From assembly GCA_963813715.1 (NCBI GenBank), contig CAWFAK010000007.1:1024001-1088000 (forward strand): 64,000 nucleotides of DNA, written 5' to 3'. The position numbers and the translations under genes were made by a program. Below the pieces are notes generated by a model. The model saw only the letters and a list, made by a program, of their open reading frames with translations. It searched no databases and was not told the DNA's origin. The stretch comes from an uncultured Planctomycetaceae bacterium. Its GTDB lineage: Bacteria > Planctomycetota > Planctomycetia > Planctomycetales > Planctomycetaceae. Positions 34,200 to 45,244 of this stretch are shown in pieces. Position 1 is the first letter of the stretch. The number at the start of each line of letters is the position of its first letter.

Positions 34200-35891
34200 T
34201 CAGCGCCGCGCCTCTTCGTAGATCGCCTGCACCGCCGCGTTCTCACGCGTGCCGAACCAACCGCGAAACATCAAGATGTCGCCCCGCCGGACGGCGTCGA
34301 GCAGGTCGGCCCGGCGTTCGACGATCGGTCCGTCCGCCACGTTGATCACGCTGAACGCGCCGGGATAAGCCAGCCGGTCGCGCTCGGACGTCGATGCGAT
34401 GCCGCCGCGCAATTCGCGATAGCCGCTCAGATGAGAGTAGTAGCCCGCGTACTGAAACTCCGGGATGATCAGCACGTCGGGAAACTGGCGGGCGAGCCGC
34501 CGCATCTGCTCGGCCCGCACGAACCAGTTGTCGACCTGCTCCTTCTTGCCCGCACCGTTGCCGGCCAGGGCCAGCGTCACGTTGGTGTCGACATAAAACA
34601 GGGTGCAGCCCCAACGACGTTTGGCGTAGGCGATCTTGCCGGCCATTTCGGTCACGGGATCGAAGCCCATGAAGTCGTGCCGCCAGGGAGTTGTGGCTTG
34701 TTGTCGGACGATTCGCGACGGGCGAATGCAAATCCCCGTCTTGAGGCCGGCGTCGGAAAACAGTTTAAATACCTCGTCGGCGATCGTGTCCATTTCGGGA
34801 GCGAGCTGCGGCAGCTTTCGCGGATCGCCGACGAAAACCAGCGGTGGATACTCTTCGCCTTCGACATCCCAGACGATCACTCCCTGCGCACCCCGCAGCT
34901 CGCACTGCTCGAGGCATCGCCGGGCTCGCTGTCGCAGGAGCTGGTTCTTGAAGTTCTCTTGTCCGTCGGCCGTCGTCACATCGACGCGAGGGTCGTTGAG
35001 CCAGCCGCGAGGGTTCGTCGACGAGTGGTGCTGAGGGGCCGAGCTGGCGAGCATCAACATGGCGATCGGACGGCGGTCCGGCCAGTTGAGCACGCGGGGC
35101 GAGCGCTCGCGGAATTTCGCGAAGACGTCGCCGGCCAGATCGGCCAGTCCCGCAGGCGGCGGCCCGAAGCGGAGTGAGATCGCGATGCGGACCGACTTCC
35201 CCGGATCCAATCGGCAACCGTCGACGTGCACGAAATCGGACGTCTGTTTGCTGAGCGTGCCGACCATCAGGTTGTAACCCGGATTGACCGTCTCAAAATC
35301 TTTTTCGAGCTGCAGGCGAAATTCCGAGTCGAGGTTGGTGCCCACGCCGACGAGCGTCCCGCGGCCGTAGTGGGCGATGATGGCCGCCACGTCGTCGACG
35401 GCGTCGGACGTTGTGTGCAGGTCGTTATCCCAGCCGGGGCCGGTCGGCGTGATGGGAAACGCCAGATCGAGCACGTTCATGTCGAGCGCTCGAATCTGTC
35501 GCTCGCCGCGGTTCGTAAAGGTGATATCGAGATTCAGGCGATTCGTGCTCTCGTGATAGACGCACGTAATTTGCCCCTGGCTCCAGTTCTGCACGAGCGT
35601 GAGGGATTGCGGATCGAACGACGTAGTAGGCATGGCACTGCCCGGCACATCGTCAACGTCGCCGGACTCCCAGACCACATGCCGCAGACGAGGTTGGCCT
35701 TTTTTGAGCAGCTGCGTGCCCGCATATGTCAGCGAGACCAGACCGGCGTCTTGAAAGCCGGCAACCAGTCCATCGGCCGCGCAGGCCTTCGCCGCGAAGC
35801 TGGAGCAAAATGTCCCGCAGCAAAGCGCCGCGACGACCAGGGCCAGCGGCCCGCGCGATCGTCGTCGGCTCAAGGAAAGAGGTCTTCGCAC
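34200..35891 (-). CDS. Secreted hypothetical protein, possible TIM-barrel glycoside hydrolase
   Basis: Signal peptide; beta-rich N-half; GVIVWDVEG, DAGLKTGICIRP, WGCTLFYVDTN, FPDVLIIPE. Confidence 0.6.
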   Translation of the reverse strand: MRRPLSLSRRRSRGPLALVVAALCCGTFCSSFAAKACAADGLVAGFQDAGLVSLTYAGTQLLKKGQPRLRHVVWESGDVDDVPGSAMPTTSFDPQSLTLVQNWSQGQITCVYHESTNRLNLDITFTNRGERQIRALDMNVLDLAFPITPTGPGWDNDLHTTSDAVDDVAAIIAHYGRGTLVGVGTNLDSEFRLQLEKDFETVNPGYNLMVGTLSKQTSDFVHVDGCRLDPGKSVRIAISLRFGPPPAGLADLAGDVFAKFRERSPRVLNWPDRRPIAMLMLASSAPQHHSSTNPRGWLNDPRVDVTTADGQENFKNQLLRQRARRCLEQCELRGAQGVIVWDVEGEEYPPLVFVGDPRKLPQLAPEMDTIADEVFKLFSDAGLKTGICIRPSRIVRQQATTPWRHDFMGFDPVTEMAGKIAYAKRRWGCTLFYVDTNVTLALAGNGAGKKEQVDNWFVRAEQMRRLARQFPDVLIIPEFQYAGYYSHLSGYRELRGGIASTSERDRLAYPGAFSVINVADGPIVERRADLLDAVRRGDILMFRGWFGTRENAAVQAIYEEARR

Positions 35892-35892
35892 G

Positions 35893-36783
35893 CTACGGCC
35901 GTGTTTCTGCTTTTTGGATCGGGAATTGGCCAGTCAGAGTCGTCGCACTATGGTTGTTTCCGTTCTTGCGGACCGTGTCCCCGTTTCCGCCGCCCACCGG
36001 TCCGCTCTGCGATCCCTTCCAGACTTCCCAGGGGGCGTTGCCCTGGCCGTAAATCTCTTCCAGCTGCTGGCGGTCTTTGAACGTGTCCATGCAGGTCCAG
36101 TAGCCGCCGTAACGATAGGCGGCCAGCTGCCGGTCCTGGATCAGGCGCTCAAAGGGTTGCTCCACCAGCTCTTCGCCCTCCCGCATGTAGCGGAAGACGT
36201 CTTTGCGAAAGATGAAAAAGCCGCCGTTGATCAGCAGGCCGGAGCCGCTGATCGGCCGCACGGAATTCACGGTGTCGCCGTCGAAGCCGATGATGTGCGA
36301 GCTGTAAGGCGGGCGCACAGCCAGGAAGCTGGCGATCTTGCCGTGCCCGCGAAAGTGATCGACGTATTCGTCGAGCGGCAAATCCGTCAGCCCGTCGCTG
36401 TAGTTTGCGAGAAACACTTCTTCGCCTTCGAGATGGCGCTCGACCGCCCGCAGCCGCTGGCCGACCTTCGAATGGAGTCCCGTGTCGACGAAGGTGATCT
36501 TCCAGTCGTGAATGTCGCTGTTGAGCAGCTGCAGGTTCTGCCCGCCGTTGGTCAGAATGAAGTCGTTCGACACGCACTCGTTGTAGTTAAGGAAGTAGTT
36601 CTTGACGGCGTCCGCCCTGTAGCCCAGGCACAGGATGAAGTCGTTGTACCCGTAATGGGCGTAGTACTTCATCACGTGCCACAAGATGGGGCGATAGCCG
36701 ATCGTGATCATGGGCTTGGGAACGGGGTCCGGATATTCCTGAATCCGCGTGCCCAGGCCGCCGCAAAAAAGAACGACTTTCAT
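35893..36783 (-). CDS. rfbF: Glucose-1-phosphate cytidylyltransferase-like
   Basis: MKVVLFCGGLGTR, PKPM, DFILCLGY, WKITFVDTG, INGGFF, YWTCMDTFKD. Confidence 0.9.
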   Translation of the reverse strand: MKVVLFCGGLGTRIQEYPDPVPKPMITIGYRPILWHVMKYYAHYGYNDFILCLGYRADAVKNYFLNYNECVSNDFILTNGGQNLQLLNSDIHDWKITFVDTGLHSKVGQRLRAVERHLEGEEVFLANYSDGLTDLPLDEYVDHFRGHGKIASFLAVRPPYSSHIIGFDGDTVNSVRPISGSGLLINGGFFIFRKDVFRYMREGEELVEQPFERLIQDRQLAAYRYGGYWTCMDTFKDRQQLEEIYGQGNAPWEVWKGSQSGPVGGGNGDTVRKNGNNHSATTLTGQFPIQKAETRP

Positions 36784-36883
36784 CGGTAAGACTCGACGAG
36801 GGAGTGCTGGCCGTTCGTTGCCCGGCCGAATCGATCAGTGCGCGGTAAAGTCTGCGTTGTCAGAGTTGCGACGTAAGACGCTG

Positions 36884-38261
36884 TTAGGCGTAGGGTCGGA
36901 AGACGGGTTTCACCGGCGGACCGACAAGATACTTTTCGACGCCGTTGTCGAGCGCCTGCCGATAAACGCCCAGCGCTTCGGCCGCCGCTTGGATGGTCAA
37001 GTCGATGTCGCCATCGGTGTGGGAGTAACTCACGACGAAGGACGGCGCCAATACGCCCCGTTTGAGCAGTTCTTGCAAGAACAAGGCGCGAAACTCTTGG
37101 CTCGGCCGACCCTGCCGGTCGCGCGTGGTGAATAACAGGCAGCACGGGCGCCCCAGGCACTCCACCTGCCGCTCGACGCCGGCTTTTTGTGCCGCGGCGG
37201 TAACGCCCGCCCGCAACCGCTCGCCCTGACGATAGAGATGGCCAACGACGTCGTGATCGCGATAGGTCTCCATCGTGGCGATGGCCGCGGCCAGCGCGTG
37301 TGTTTCCGCTCCGTGCGTCGTCGAGAGCAGAAAGACTCGCTCGCCGTCGTGATCGAGGCCGCCCAGCCGCATCACGTCGCGGCGGCCGGCCAGGGCCGAA
37401 ACTGAAAAGCCGTTTGCCATCGCTTTGCCGAACGCTGATAGATCGGGCTGGATGCCGTAAACGTGCTGGGCACCCGACTTGTGCCAGCGAAAGCCGGTGA
37501 TCGTTTCATCGAACACCAGCAGCACACCGTGCCGGCGGCAGGTCTCCTGCAGCCATGAGAGAAAATTGTCGCGAGGCTCTTCGAGGCGAGCGGCTTCCAG
37601 CACCACGCAGGCGATCTGGCTGCCCGATTCGCGCATCAGTTGCTCGACACTCTCCCGGTTGTTGTAGGCGAACTTGAGAGTTCGCGAGCGAGTCCATTCG
37701 GGAACGCCAGCGGGCATCGGCGTGCTGCCGATAAACCAGTCGGCCGTCGAGAAGAACGGATGATCGCCGCAAATCGCGATCAAGTCGCGGCCGGTATAGG
37801 CCCGCGCCAGACGAACCGCGCCGTCCATCGCGTCGGAGCCGTCCTTGCAGAACTTGACCATCTCCGCACTGGGAACGAGCTCCAGAAACCGCTCGGCGCA
37901 CTCCACTTCGATCGGCGCGGGACGGCCAAAGTTTGTGCCCAGTGGCAGCTGGCGGGCCGCGGCGTTGATCACCGGCTGGTAGGCGTGTCCCAGCGTGACC
38001 GAACGCAGTCCCATGCCGTATTCGATGTATTCGTTCCCATCCAGGTCCCAAACGCGACACCCCTTGCCGCGAGCGATGAACGAGGGAGCCAGCTGCGGAA
38101 ACTGGTCGTCCCCCTTCGCGTAAGTGTGGCACCCGCCGGGAATGACCATGCGCGCGTTGGGCCAGCCCTTTACCGTGGTCGTACCGCCGTTCAGTTGTGG
38201 CAACCTCCGTCGCCGGAACCGTCGTGGCGGGGGAAAGGTCGGTGGGAACGTGGGAAGTCAT
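36884..38261 (-). CDS. Class-III PLP aminotransferase (glutamate-1-semialdehyde aminomutase-like; frameshifted N-terminus)
   Basis: IPGGCHTYAKGDDQF, WDLDGNEYIEY, LVFDETITGFR, PDLSAFGKAMANG. Confidence 0.9.
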
Positions 38262-39629
38262 CGCGACATCACCGCTTCAGAAGGCTGCAGCGTTTGAGGA
38301 GCGGACGTCGCTACGGGGCCAACGCCAAAAACCGCGTCGTATTGTTCCGTAAGAAGGACCTGCCAGGCAGCCACTCCATGCTCGAGGCTCCTGGCGACTG
38401 CCTGGCGGTCCTCGTAGAGACTGTCGACGATGGCCAGCAGCCGATTGCCGTCGAAGGCATCGATCGGCACGCTGGCTTCGTCCTGTCGGAAGCGATGGAC
38501 AACGAAGTCAACTTTCGGATCGTATGACACGGCCGCGACCGGCACGTGGCACGCGTACGCCAAGACCACGCCGTGCAGGCGGCTGGCCACCACGACGTCG
38601 AGCGTCTGCAGCACGTCGAGCAGGTCCGGCACCGTTCGGGCGGAGGACACCTGTAGCCGACCGTTCGACGGCATGCGCGCCGCTGCTTTCGAGTCGGGCG
38701 ACGAGATCGGCCATCACGCGATGGTCGGCCCCGGCCGTCGCGAACAGCACTACTTCCTCGTCGCGCAACAATACGCTTCGCACAAAATCGGCCAGCCGCT
38801 CGAGGTAACTGTCGTAACGGCGTCCATCTGGTTCGGGCCACGCGTACGGGTCACACCAGGCAATGGGGCTGATGCCGATGCGGCGGCGCAGATGCCCCTC
38901 GGGTAGGTTCGTCGGCATGCGGAGCGAGAACGCCAGGTCGGGGAACCAGTGATTGGGCTCCGGTGCGCCGAGGTCGCGCGCGAGATCGACTGCAAAATCC
39001 TCACGGAACGAGCAATAGTCGGCCGTCTTCAACGCGGATCCGACAAGCCAGCGACCGAGCGCCGAACGCAGCGTGGCCGAGCCCGAGCTGAGGATAATGA
39101 AACGTGCTCCGGCCCGTCGCGCGAGCCAGGCGAACTTGAACATCGCGTAGGGATGGCCCCACGGCCCGCCCCAGAATTCGTCCAACTGCCCGCCGCCGCA
39201 GACAACCACATACCGGCATTTTCGGACGACCTGCGCCGTCGCCCGCCAATGTTGCCACTCCCGCCACGGTCCGGTCGCAACGTTGAGTGTTCGCCGCAGC
39301 GCCGCCGTGACGCGAGACGAGACCCGGTTCACGCGCTCCAAGCCCCTCTCGATCAGCCCGCGCAGTCCCCGGTCCGTCTCGTTCCCCCGGCTAAAACCGT
39401 TCAGGGTCCGTGCATCGAGGGCGAACGCGTGAATGCCGTGCCGCTGAGTCGTGTCAGCTGGGTTGAGCGTAAAGGCGACGATCTCCACGAGCGGCAGTCG
39501 GGCGCGAATCTCCTCGATCGCCGCCGACATGATGGCGGCATCGCCGAGATTGCCGAAGCCGCACGGGCTGAGCACGGCGACCGCAGACGGCTCGGTCGAC
39601 GTGAAGTTGGTGCCAGAATTCAAATTCAC
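38258..39629 (-). CDS. Polysaccharide pyruvyl transferase family protein (frameshift ~38680)
   Basis: GFGNLGDAAI, GGGQLD, SFRE, PDLAF, VVASRLHGVVLA, YDPKV. Confidence 0.88.
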
Positions 39630-39652
39630 AAAGTCACTCGGTGGTCGACTTG

Positions 39653-40870
39653 TCAGGCGGACGCTATGGAGGTGATCATCGTCGAGGAGGTTTCGATCTG
39701 CGGGTACAGGTTGGCAACGCCGCGGACGTCGGCATCGGATGTCACGAACACCGTCCCCACGGGGAACGCGCTGTCGTACATGCGTTGAATGTCGTAGCGA
39801 TACACGTGCGTGCCGAAATGAAACGAACCCGCTACCAGGTGCAGAGCCAGCCGGAACGTGCAACGGTACGACTCGCCCGGCTCGAGGGCAAAGCTCGGCT
39901 GCCCCAGCCGCTCCGTCGAAGTGTCGAACACTTCGTAGCCGTTTTCGTCCTTCAAGTAGATCGACAGCGACAGCCGCCGGCAGGGGCGATTGGCTTTGAC
40001 GTCGATGTCGACCCAGACGGTCTCGCCCGACTGGTAACTGATCTTCGGGCCGTCCTCGCCTCGGATGACAAAGCTGGCGATGTACGCGTCCTTGGCCTCG
40101 CTGTCGGTCTCGATACGATTTTCGGTCAGGTAGGTCTGAACCACCTCCTGCGTCGGCCCCTGCTGCACGACCCGGCCGTGATCGAGCAACAGCGCGCGGT
40201 TGCAGAGCGTGGCCACGGCGTTGAGGTTGTGCGACACGAAGACGACGGCCGCGCCCCCCTGAATGATCTCTTTCATGCGGTCGATGCACTTGTTTTGAAA
40301 CGCGTAGTCGCCGACGCTCAGAACCTCGTCGACGATCAGGATCTCGGGGGCGACGTGGGCGGCGACCGCGAACCCCAGTCGCGCGTACATGCCGGTCGAA
40401 TACCGCTTCACCGGCGTATCGAGAAACTCGGCCAGCTCCGAGAACTCGACGATCGCGTCGAACCGGCGGGCGATTTCGGCGCGGTTCATTCCCAGGATCG
40501 TTCCGTTCAAATAAATGTTCTCGCGCCCCGTAAGATCGGGATGGAAGCCGGCGCCGATCTCGATCAGCGCCGACAGCCGTCCGTTGACGACGATCGAGCC
40601 GCAGGTCGGCTTCAGCACTCCGCTCAAGAGTTTGAGAACGGTGCTCTTGCCCGCGCCGTTGTGACCGATGATTCCCAGCACCTCGCCCGGCTCGACGGCC
40701 AGCGACACGTCGCGCAGGGCCCAGAACTCGCGGGCCTCGTCGACGCCCCTATCGCCGCCGCGCAGCAATCGCCGCAGGACGCCCGGCACGGCGTCGCGCA
40801 GCGATCCGTAGAGTTCGCCCTTGCGAAACTTCTTGCCGACGTGCTGCATGTCGAGCGCGGCGCGCGTCAT
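39653..40870 (-). CDS. wzt: Polysaccharide ABC exporter ATPase with C-terminal carbohydrate-binding extension
   Basis: FWALRDVS, GHNGAGKST, GAGFHPDLTGRENI, YSTGMYARLGFA, DEVLSVGD; ~150-aa beta-rich tail. Confidence 0.93.
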   Translation of the reverse strand: MTRAALDMQHVGKKFRKGELYGSLRDAVPGVLRRLLRGGDRGVDEAREFWALRDVSLAVEPGEVLGIIGHNGAGKSTVLKLLSGVLKPTCGSIVVNGRLSALIEIGAGFHPDLTGRENIYLNGTILGMNRAEIARRFDAIVEFSELAEFLDTPVKRYSTGMYARLGFAVAAHVAPEILIVDEVLSVGDYAFQNKCIDRMKEIIQGGAAVVFVSHNLNAVATLCNRALLLDHGRVVQQGPTQEVVQTYLTENRIETDSEAKDAYIASFVIRGEDGPKISYQSGETVWVDIDVKANRPCRRLSLSIYLKDENGYEVFDTSTERLGQPSFALEPGESYRCTFRLALHLVAGSFHFGTHVYRYDIQRMYDSAFPVGTVFVTSDADVRGVANLYPQIETSSTMITSIASA

Positions 40871-40943
40871 GATCCCTCGATCCACCGCTGGGCCAAAACC
40901 ATCTCCTCAACGAACTCGCCAATTCCAATCATCTCGCGTTCGC

Positions 40944-42400
40944 TCAGGCCATCCGCCGTTGGGGACTATGTTCGAGCAGGGCGACTGCAAGCCAGGCAGC
41001 CATCGCGAACAGAACTAGACCGGGAACCGTGGACAGCAGCAACCCGACCTTTCCGCTCAGATGAGCGGCGACAAAGACGTCCGCCAACCGCATCAACTCG
41101 GCCGGAAACATCAGGGCTGCGAACAGGGCGAAATAAAGTGCGGTCTTCGTGGGCGACGCGCCTGCCTCGCGATTCGTGGAATAGAGTACGGCCAGCGGGA
41201 GGAGCAGTAAGACGAAGTAGTGCGACCAACACAAGGGCGAGAGCAAACAACTGCCGACCACGAACAGTGAGAACGCCACGTCCGCGAAGCGAGCCGTCGG
41301 CGGCTGGGGCCCTCGGCGGACAATCGCGAAACAGACGGCCCCGAGCAGGCACACGCACACGGCCGCGTAGAAGCCGAACGATCGTAACAGCGGCACGGAC
41401 AAGATGTAGCTGGCCTGGGTCAGAATCTGATACAGCGAACAGTTGTCGAACGCGGCCGCGTGGGTCGCGGCATCGAAGTGAGCCGTCCGCGAATATTCGA
41501 CGAACGATTGGAACCCAAAGCACAGCACGGCCAGTACATTCAACGCCAGCGTTGCGAACAGCGCGGCCGCACAACTCAGGCGGGCGCGGAGCAGAAAATA
41601 GACGAGCAACAGCGCCGGAAACAGTTTGAGCGAGATCGCCACTCCGAGCGCGATCCCGCTGGCGACGAACCGGGCTTTGTGCAACCAGTGCCAGCTCAAC
41701 GTGACCAACAGGGCGAGCAGGGCCCCAGTCTGCCCTGCGCAGCACCCAGCTCATCGGCTCGCAACTGAGCAAGAGCGCGACGACCAGCGCCTTCTGTTTC
41801 CAGTCCCAATCAAAGCGCAATTCGCGATCGATCAAAAACAGCGTCGCGAGCATGAAGCCGACGGAGAGCAAGGCAAACGCCAACGAAGTCCCATGCACGC
41901 CGAAGAGATAATACAGCGGGATGAACGAAAGAATCATGAACGGCGGATGCGCCTGTAGCGACAGTACCCGCGCGACGTCGTAAAGCTTCTCGTCCTCCTC
42001 GCGCCCAACTCGGGCCACAGCGGCTGCAACGACGACGGACGCGGCTCGTCGTCGAGGGCTTTTTCGATCAAAGGGCCAATCTGCGTGGTCGGCAGCGGCC
42101 GATGTGCCAACGCCTCTTTGGCCGCGACCAGGTCTTGCATGATCGCCAGCGGAGCGACATAGGCGATGTGGATCGAAACAGCGATCACCAGCAGGCTGAA
42201 CAAGCCGACGGGGACCACCAGGACCAGCGTCGAAGGAATTGGGCTCTTGCCCAGAAAGGAGCGCCACGGCGGCCGCCGCGCTGATGCCGGCAAGCACCAG
42301 CCAGGAGACCGCATGCAAAATGAGATAAATCTTGAGCATCGTGTTGGAGAGTCGGCCGCGACTCGCCAGAGATCCAATCGTCAGCGATCCGATCATCAGA
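40944..42400 (-). CDS. GT87/DUF2029-like integral membrane glycosyltransferase (frameshifts ~42230, ~42000, ~41725)
   Basis: QAHPPFMIL, GVAISLKLFPALL, SPLCWSHYFVLL GT-C-like motifs; start approximate. Confidence 0.75.
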
Positions 42401-42418
42401 GTTCCGAGAGACGGCCGA

Positions 42419-43262
42419 TCAGATGCACTCCGCGAAGATGTACTCGAGCCGGCGGAAAATCGCGACGGCCCCGCCGAAGATCCCCACGGCCGCCATCGTG
42501 CTATAGCCGAGCCAGGCGAGATTCGGCGTCTGTCCCAGCACGACCGCGTCCGACATCCCCTCGAGCAGCGGCGCAACGGGGTTCATCAGCAATACCCACT
42601 CCCAGCGGCCGAGGATCGACGCACTAAAGAAGACGGGCGTGACGAAGATGGCAAACATCACAAAGATTTCGACCAGGTACTTCACGTCTCGGAAGAAGAG
42701 CCCGGCCGCCGACAGAAATATCGCCAGCCCCGCAGTCAGCAGGATCAAGAGTACGACGATCGGCGGCACCCACAGGAGGTTGACGCTGATGGGCACTCCC
42801 ACACAGGCCAGAATCACCGTCAGCACGCACGAGGCGACGACGAAGTCGAACAGGTTCGCGAGCACGGCCGACAACGGCACGACGAGCCGCGGAAAATAAA
42901 TCCGCGTCACCAGGCTCGAATTGGAAATCAGCGAGCTCGTCCCCTGGCGGACGGACGACACAAAAAAAGCCCAGGCGACCGATTTGACGAACACCGGCGT
43001 CAAATCCCGCATCGAAAGGGCCTGGTTGGCAACGCGGGCCATCGCCACCCGCACCACCACTCCCGAAACAACAATCGCCGCCGGCATCAGGATGGCCCAG
43101 AGCAGGCCCATCACCGATTGTTTGTACCGCACGCGGATATCGCGCCACGTCAGCATGTAGAGCAAATCGCGGTAGCGAACGATCTCGCGCAGCCAATCCC
43201 AGGTATGGGAGAGGCCTCGCTCGCGACCGATCGGCAGCGCCAGGGACGGGTCTTGCGCTCAT
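42419..43262 (-). CDS. wzm: Polysaccharide ABC exporter permease (frameshift just after start)
   Basis: RDIRVRYKQSVMGLLW, IYFPR, FFRD, TPVFF, LMNPV; ATGA overlap with the upstream gene. Confidence 0.92.
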
Positions 43263-44575
43263 TGAGCCGGGCACTCCGCGAGCAGTCTGTGCTCGATCAA
43301 CGTTTGGGCTGCCTCGTGAATCAAGTCGAACGGCAAGCCGGACCGTTCGGCAATTTCCAATAGCGAATGGCTCTCATCGCAGAAGTTGAGCACCCACAGC
43401 ATGGCCGATTCCCGTCGTCCCGCGTCCAATCCGCCGATGGCCTGGTACAGCCCGCGCTTGCCCAATTGCGGCTCGCACTTGGGTTGCAGGTTGCGATAGC
43501 TGGCGTTGTTCTCGAGTATGCGCAACACTGCGAGGTAGGCGTCGAGCGAGTCGGCGAGCGCTTCGGCCCGCACGAACGACAGGTTGTCGGCGGAGGTGTG
43601 GTATTCGGGGAAACGGCCGTGCGGCGTGCGCGTTAGACTACCAACCGGCAAGTTGAACCCGGGCGAGCAATACTGTCGCTCGTCGTAGCCGTAGGGCGTG
43701 AAATCGCGGACCTCGTGCTCCGTCCCGCGTTCCCGCAATACCTGTGTCACGGCCCGGTCGATTTCGGAGTCGCCGCGGCGACTCCTCTTATAGTGCAGCT
43801 TTCCGGCGTCTCCCACGCAGGCCGCCACCAACCCGTGGCGGATCTGGCAGGTCCGTTCTTCGTTACGGGCCAGCCAGGTGATCGAGCCGATCGTGCCGGG
43901 AATGAACAGAAAGCGATACGAATAGCGAAGGTCGCCCCCCGCCAGCACCTGCGCCAGCTTCGTCAGGAGCGCCACGCCGGACAGGTTGTCGTTCGCCAGC
44001 GACGGATGACAAACGTGGCAGGAGAAGAGCACCTCTGCGCTCGTACGGCCACGGAGGAACATCTCGCCGTAGCTGAGTGCGCCGTCAGTCAGGCCGGAGT
44101 CGATGAGCACCTCGTACTCGCCCGGCTCCAGCCGTTTGAGTTGCTCCTGCGAGAGGCAGAATCCCCACGTTTCTTTGTAGTAGGACGTGCGATAAGGCAC
44201 CCAATCCGGCTGCGCAGGATGCGCGTGCAGGTGCGGCTTCAATTCCTCGAGCGACAACCGCCGCTGCACGGGCACGCTGTACTGCAACACGTGCAAATTT
44301 AATTTGTGGAAGTCGACGATCTTTTCGCCCCGCGGATTCTTGATCCAGGCGTCGCGAATGTTCCACTCCCGCGGCACCGTCCAGTCGAAGACCGGCGTTC
44401 CGGTCGGCACTTCGTGAATCTCGAGCGGGATTTCGCGGCCGAGGCGCTTGAGCGTCGTCCGCAATCCCTCGCCCGTGATGCTGCGGCACGTCGGATAAAG
44501 CTCGGCGATAAGCGCGTGCATCCACTCGCCCGCCGCACGCAGGTCGACTTCAGACAGGAGCGGATTCGTTTTCAA
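43259..44575 (-). CDS. DUF4910/DUF2172 M28-aminopeptidase-like protein with C-terminal winged helix
   Basis: RSITGEGLR, DWTVPREW, PYRTSYY, CHPSLANDNLSG, GYDERQYCSPG, EYHTSAD, EPQLGKRGLY. Confidence 0.9.
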   Translation of the reverse strand: MKTNPLLSEVDLRAAGEWMHALIAELYPTCRSITGEGLRTTLKRLGREIPLEIHEVPTGTPVFDWTVPREWNIRDAWIKNPRGEKIVDFHKLNLHVLQYSVPVQRRLSLEELKPHLHAHPAQPDWVPYRTSYYKETWGFCLSQEQLKRLEPGEYEVLIDSGLTDGALSYGEMFLRGRTSAEVLFSCHVCHPSLANDNLSGVALLTKLAQVLAGGDLRYSYRFLFIPGTIGSITWLARNEERTCQIRHGLVAACVGDAGKLHYKRSRRGDSEIDRAVTQVLRERGTEHEVRDFTPYGYDERQYCSPGFNLPVGSLTRTPHGRFPEYHTSADNLSFVRAEALADSLDAYLAVLRILENNASYRNLQPKCEPQLGKRGLYQAIGGLDAGRRESAMLWVLNFCDESHSLLEIAERSGLPFDLIHEAAQTLIEHRLLAECPAQ

Positions 44576-45153
44576 GACGGAACCGCCGGTGCGGGTTGGG
44601 TCAGGGATAGCCGCGGATCGTCCAAGCCCTGACAGTCGGCGTAACCGGCGTCCTGGTCGGAGATCATGCTGACGGGCAGCGGCCAGGGAATGGCAAACAA
44701 GGAATCGTTCCAGCGGACGCCGGCGGCCGACGCGGGAATGTAAAACTCGGTCATTTGGTAGGCGACTTCAGTGTCATCGGCCAGAGTTTGAAAGCCGTGG
44801 GCGAAATTCTTCGGCACGTAGAGCGTGCGGCGGTTGGCCGACGACAGTTCGACGGCGAAATGCTTGAGAAACGTGGGCGACTCGACTCGCAGGTCGATGA
44901 TCACGTCGAAAATGGCACCCGCCGTGCATCGGACGAGCTTCACTTCCTGCGAGGGCGGACGCTGAAAGTGCACCCCCCGCACCGTTCCCCGCAGACGGTT
45001 GAACGAGAGACTGCACTGTGCCAGCTCGGTCTCCAGGCCATGCTCCTCGAACTCCCGGCGGCAGAAGGTGCGGGCGAAAAAACCTCGCTGATCCTCTCGC
45101 GGCTCGATATCGATCAGAAAGGCGCCCGCGAGCCGGGTCTCGGTGAATTTCAT
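44572..45153 (-). CDS. rfbC: dTDP-4-dehydrorhamnose 3,5-epimerase family
   Basis: DQRGFFAR, GTVRGVHFQ, KLVRC, FAHGFQTL, WND. Confidence 0.93.
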   Translation of the reverse strand: MKFTETRLAGAFLIDIEPREDQRGFFARTFCRREFEEHGLETELAQCSLSFNRLRGTVRGVHFQRPPSQEVKLVRCTAGAIFDVIIDLRVESPTFLKHFAVELSSANRRTLYVPKNFAHGFQTLADDTEVAYQMTEFYIPASAAGVRWNDSLFAIPWPLPVSMISDQDAGYADCQGLDDPRLSLTQPAPAVPS

Positions 45154-45244
45154 ACTTTTCGTCCGAGCCTTCGGTGCTGCTCGGCAGCTCCTCGTTTCAT
45201 CGCTTGTTCACGGACTCCGTGCCGTGAACGAAATCGGGGGAAAC

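Noticed and set aside
36884..38261. hemL (tetrapyrrole biosynthesis)
   Set aside because: Context is purely sugar biosynthesis and the motif is GGCHTYAKG rather than the HemL GGVNSPVR
38508..40289. 593-aa ORF overlapping wzt
   Set aside because: Only the part below ~39629 is the pyruvyl transferase; the rest is an off-frame read of wzt
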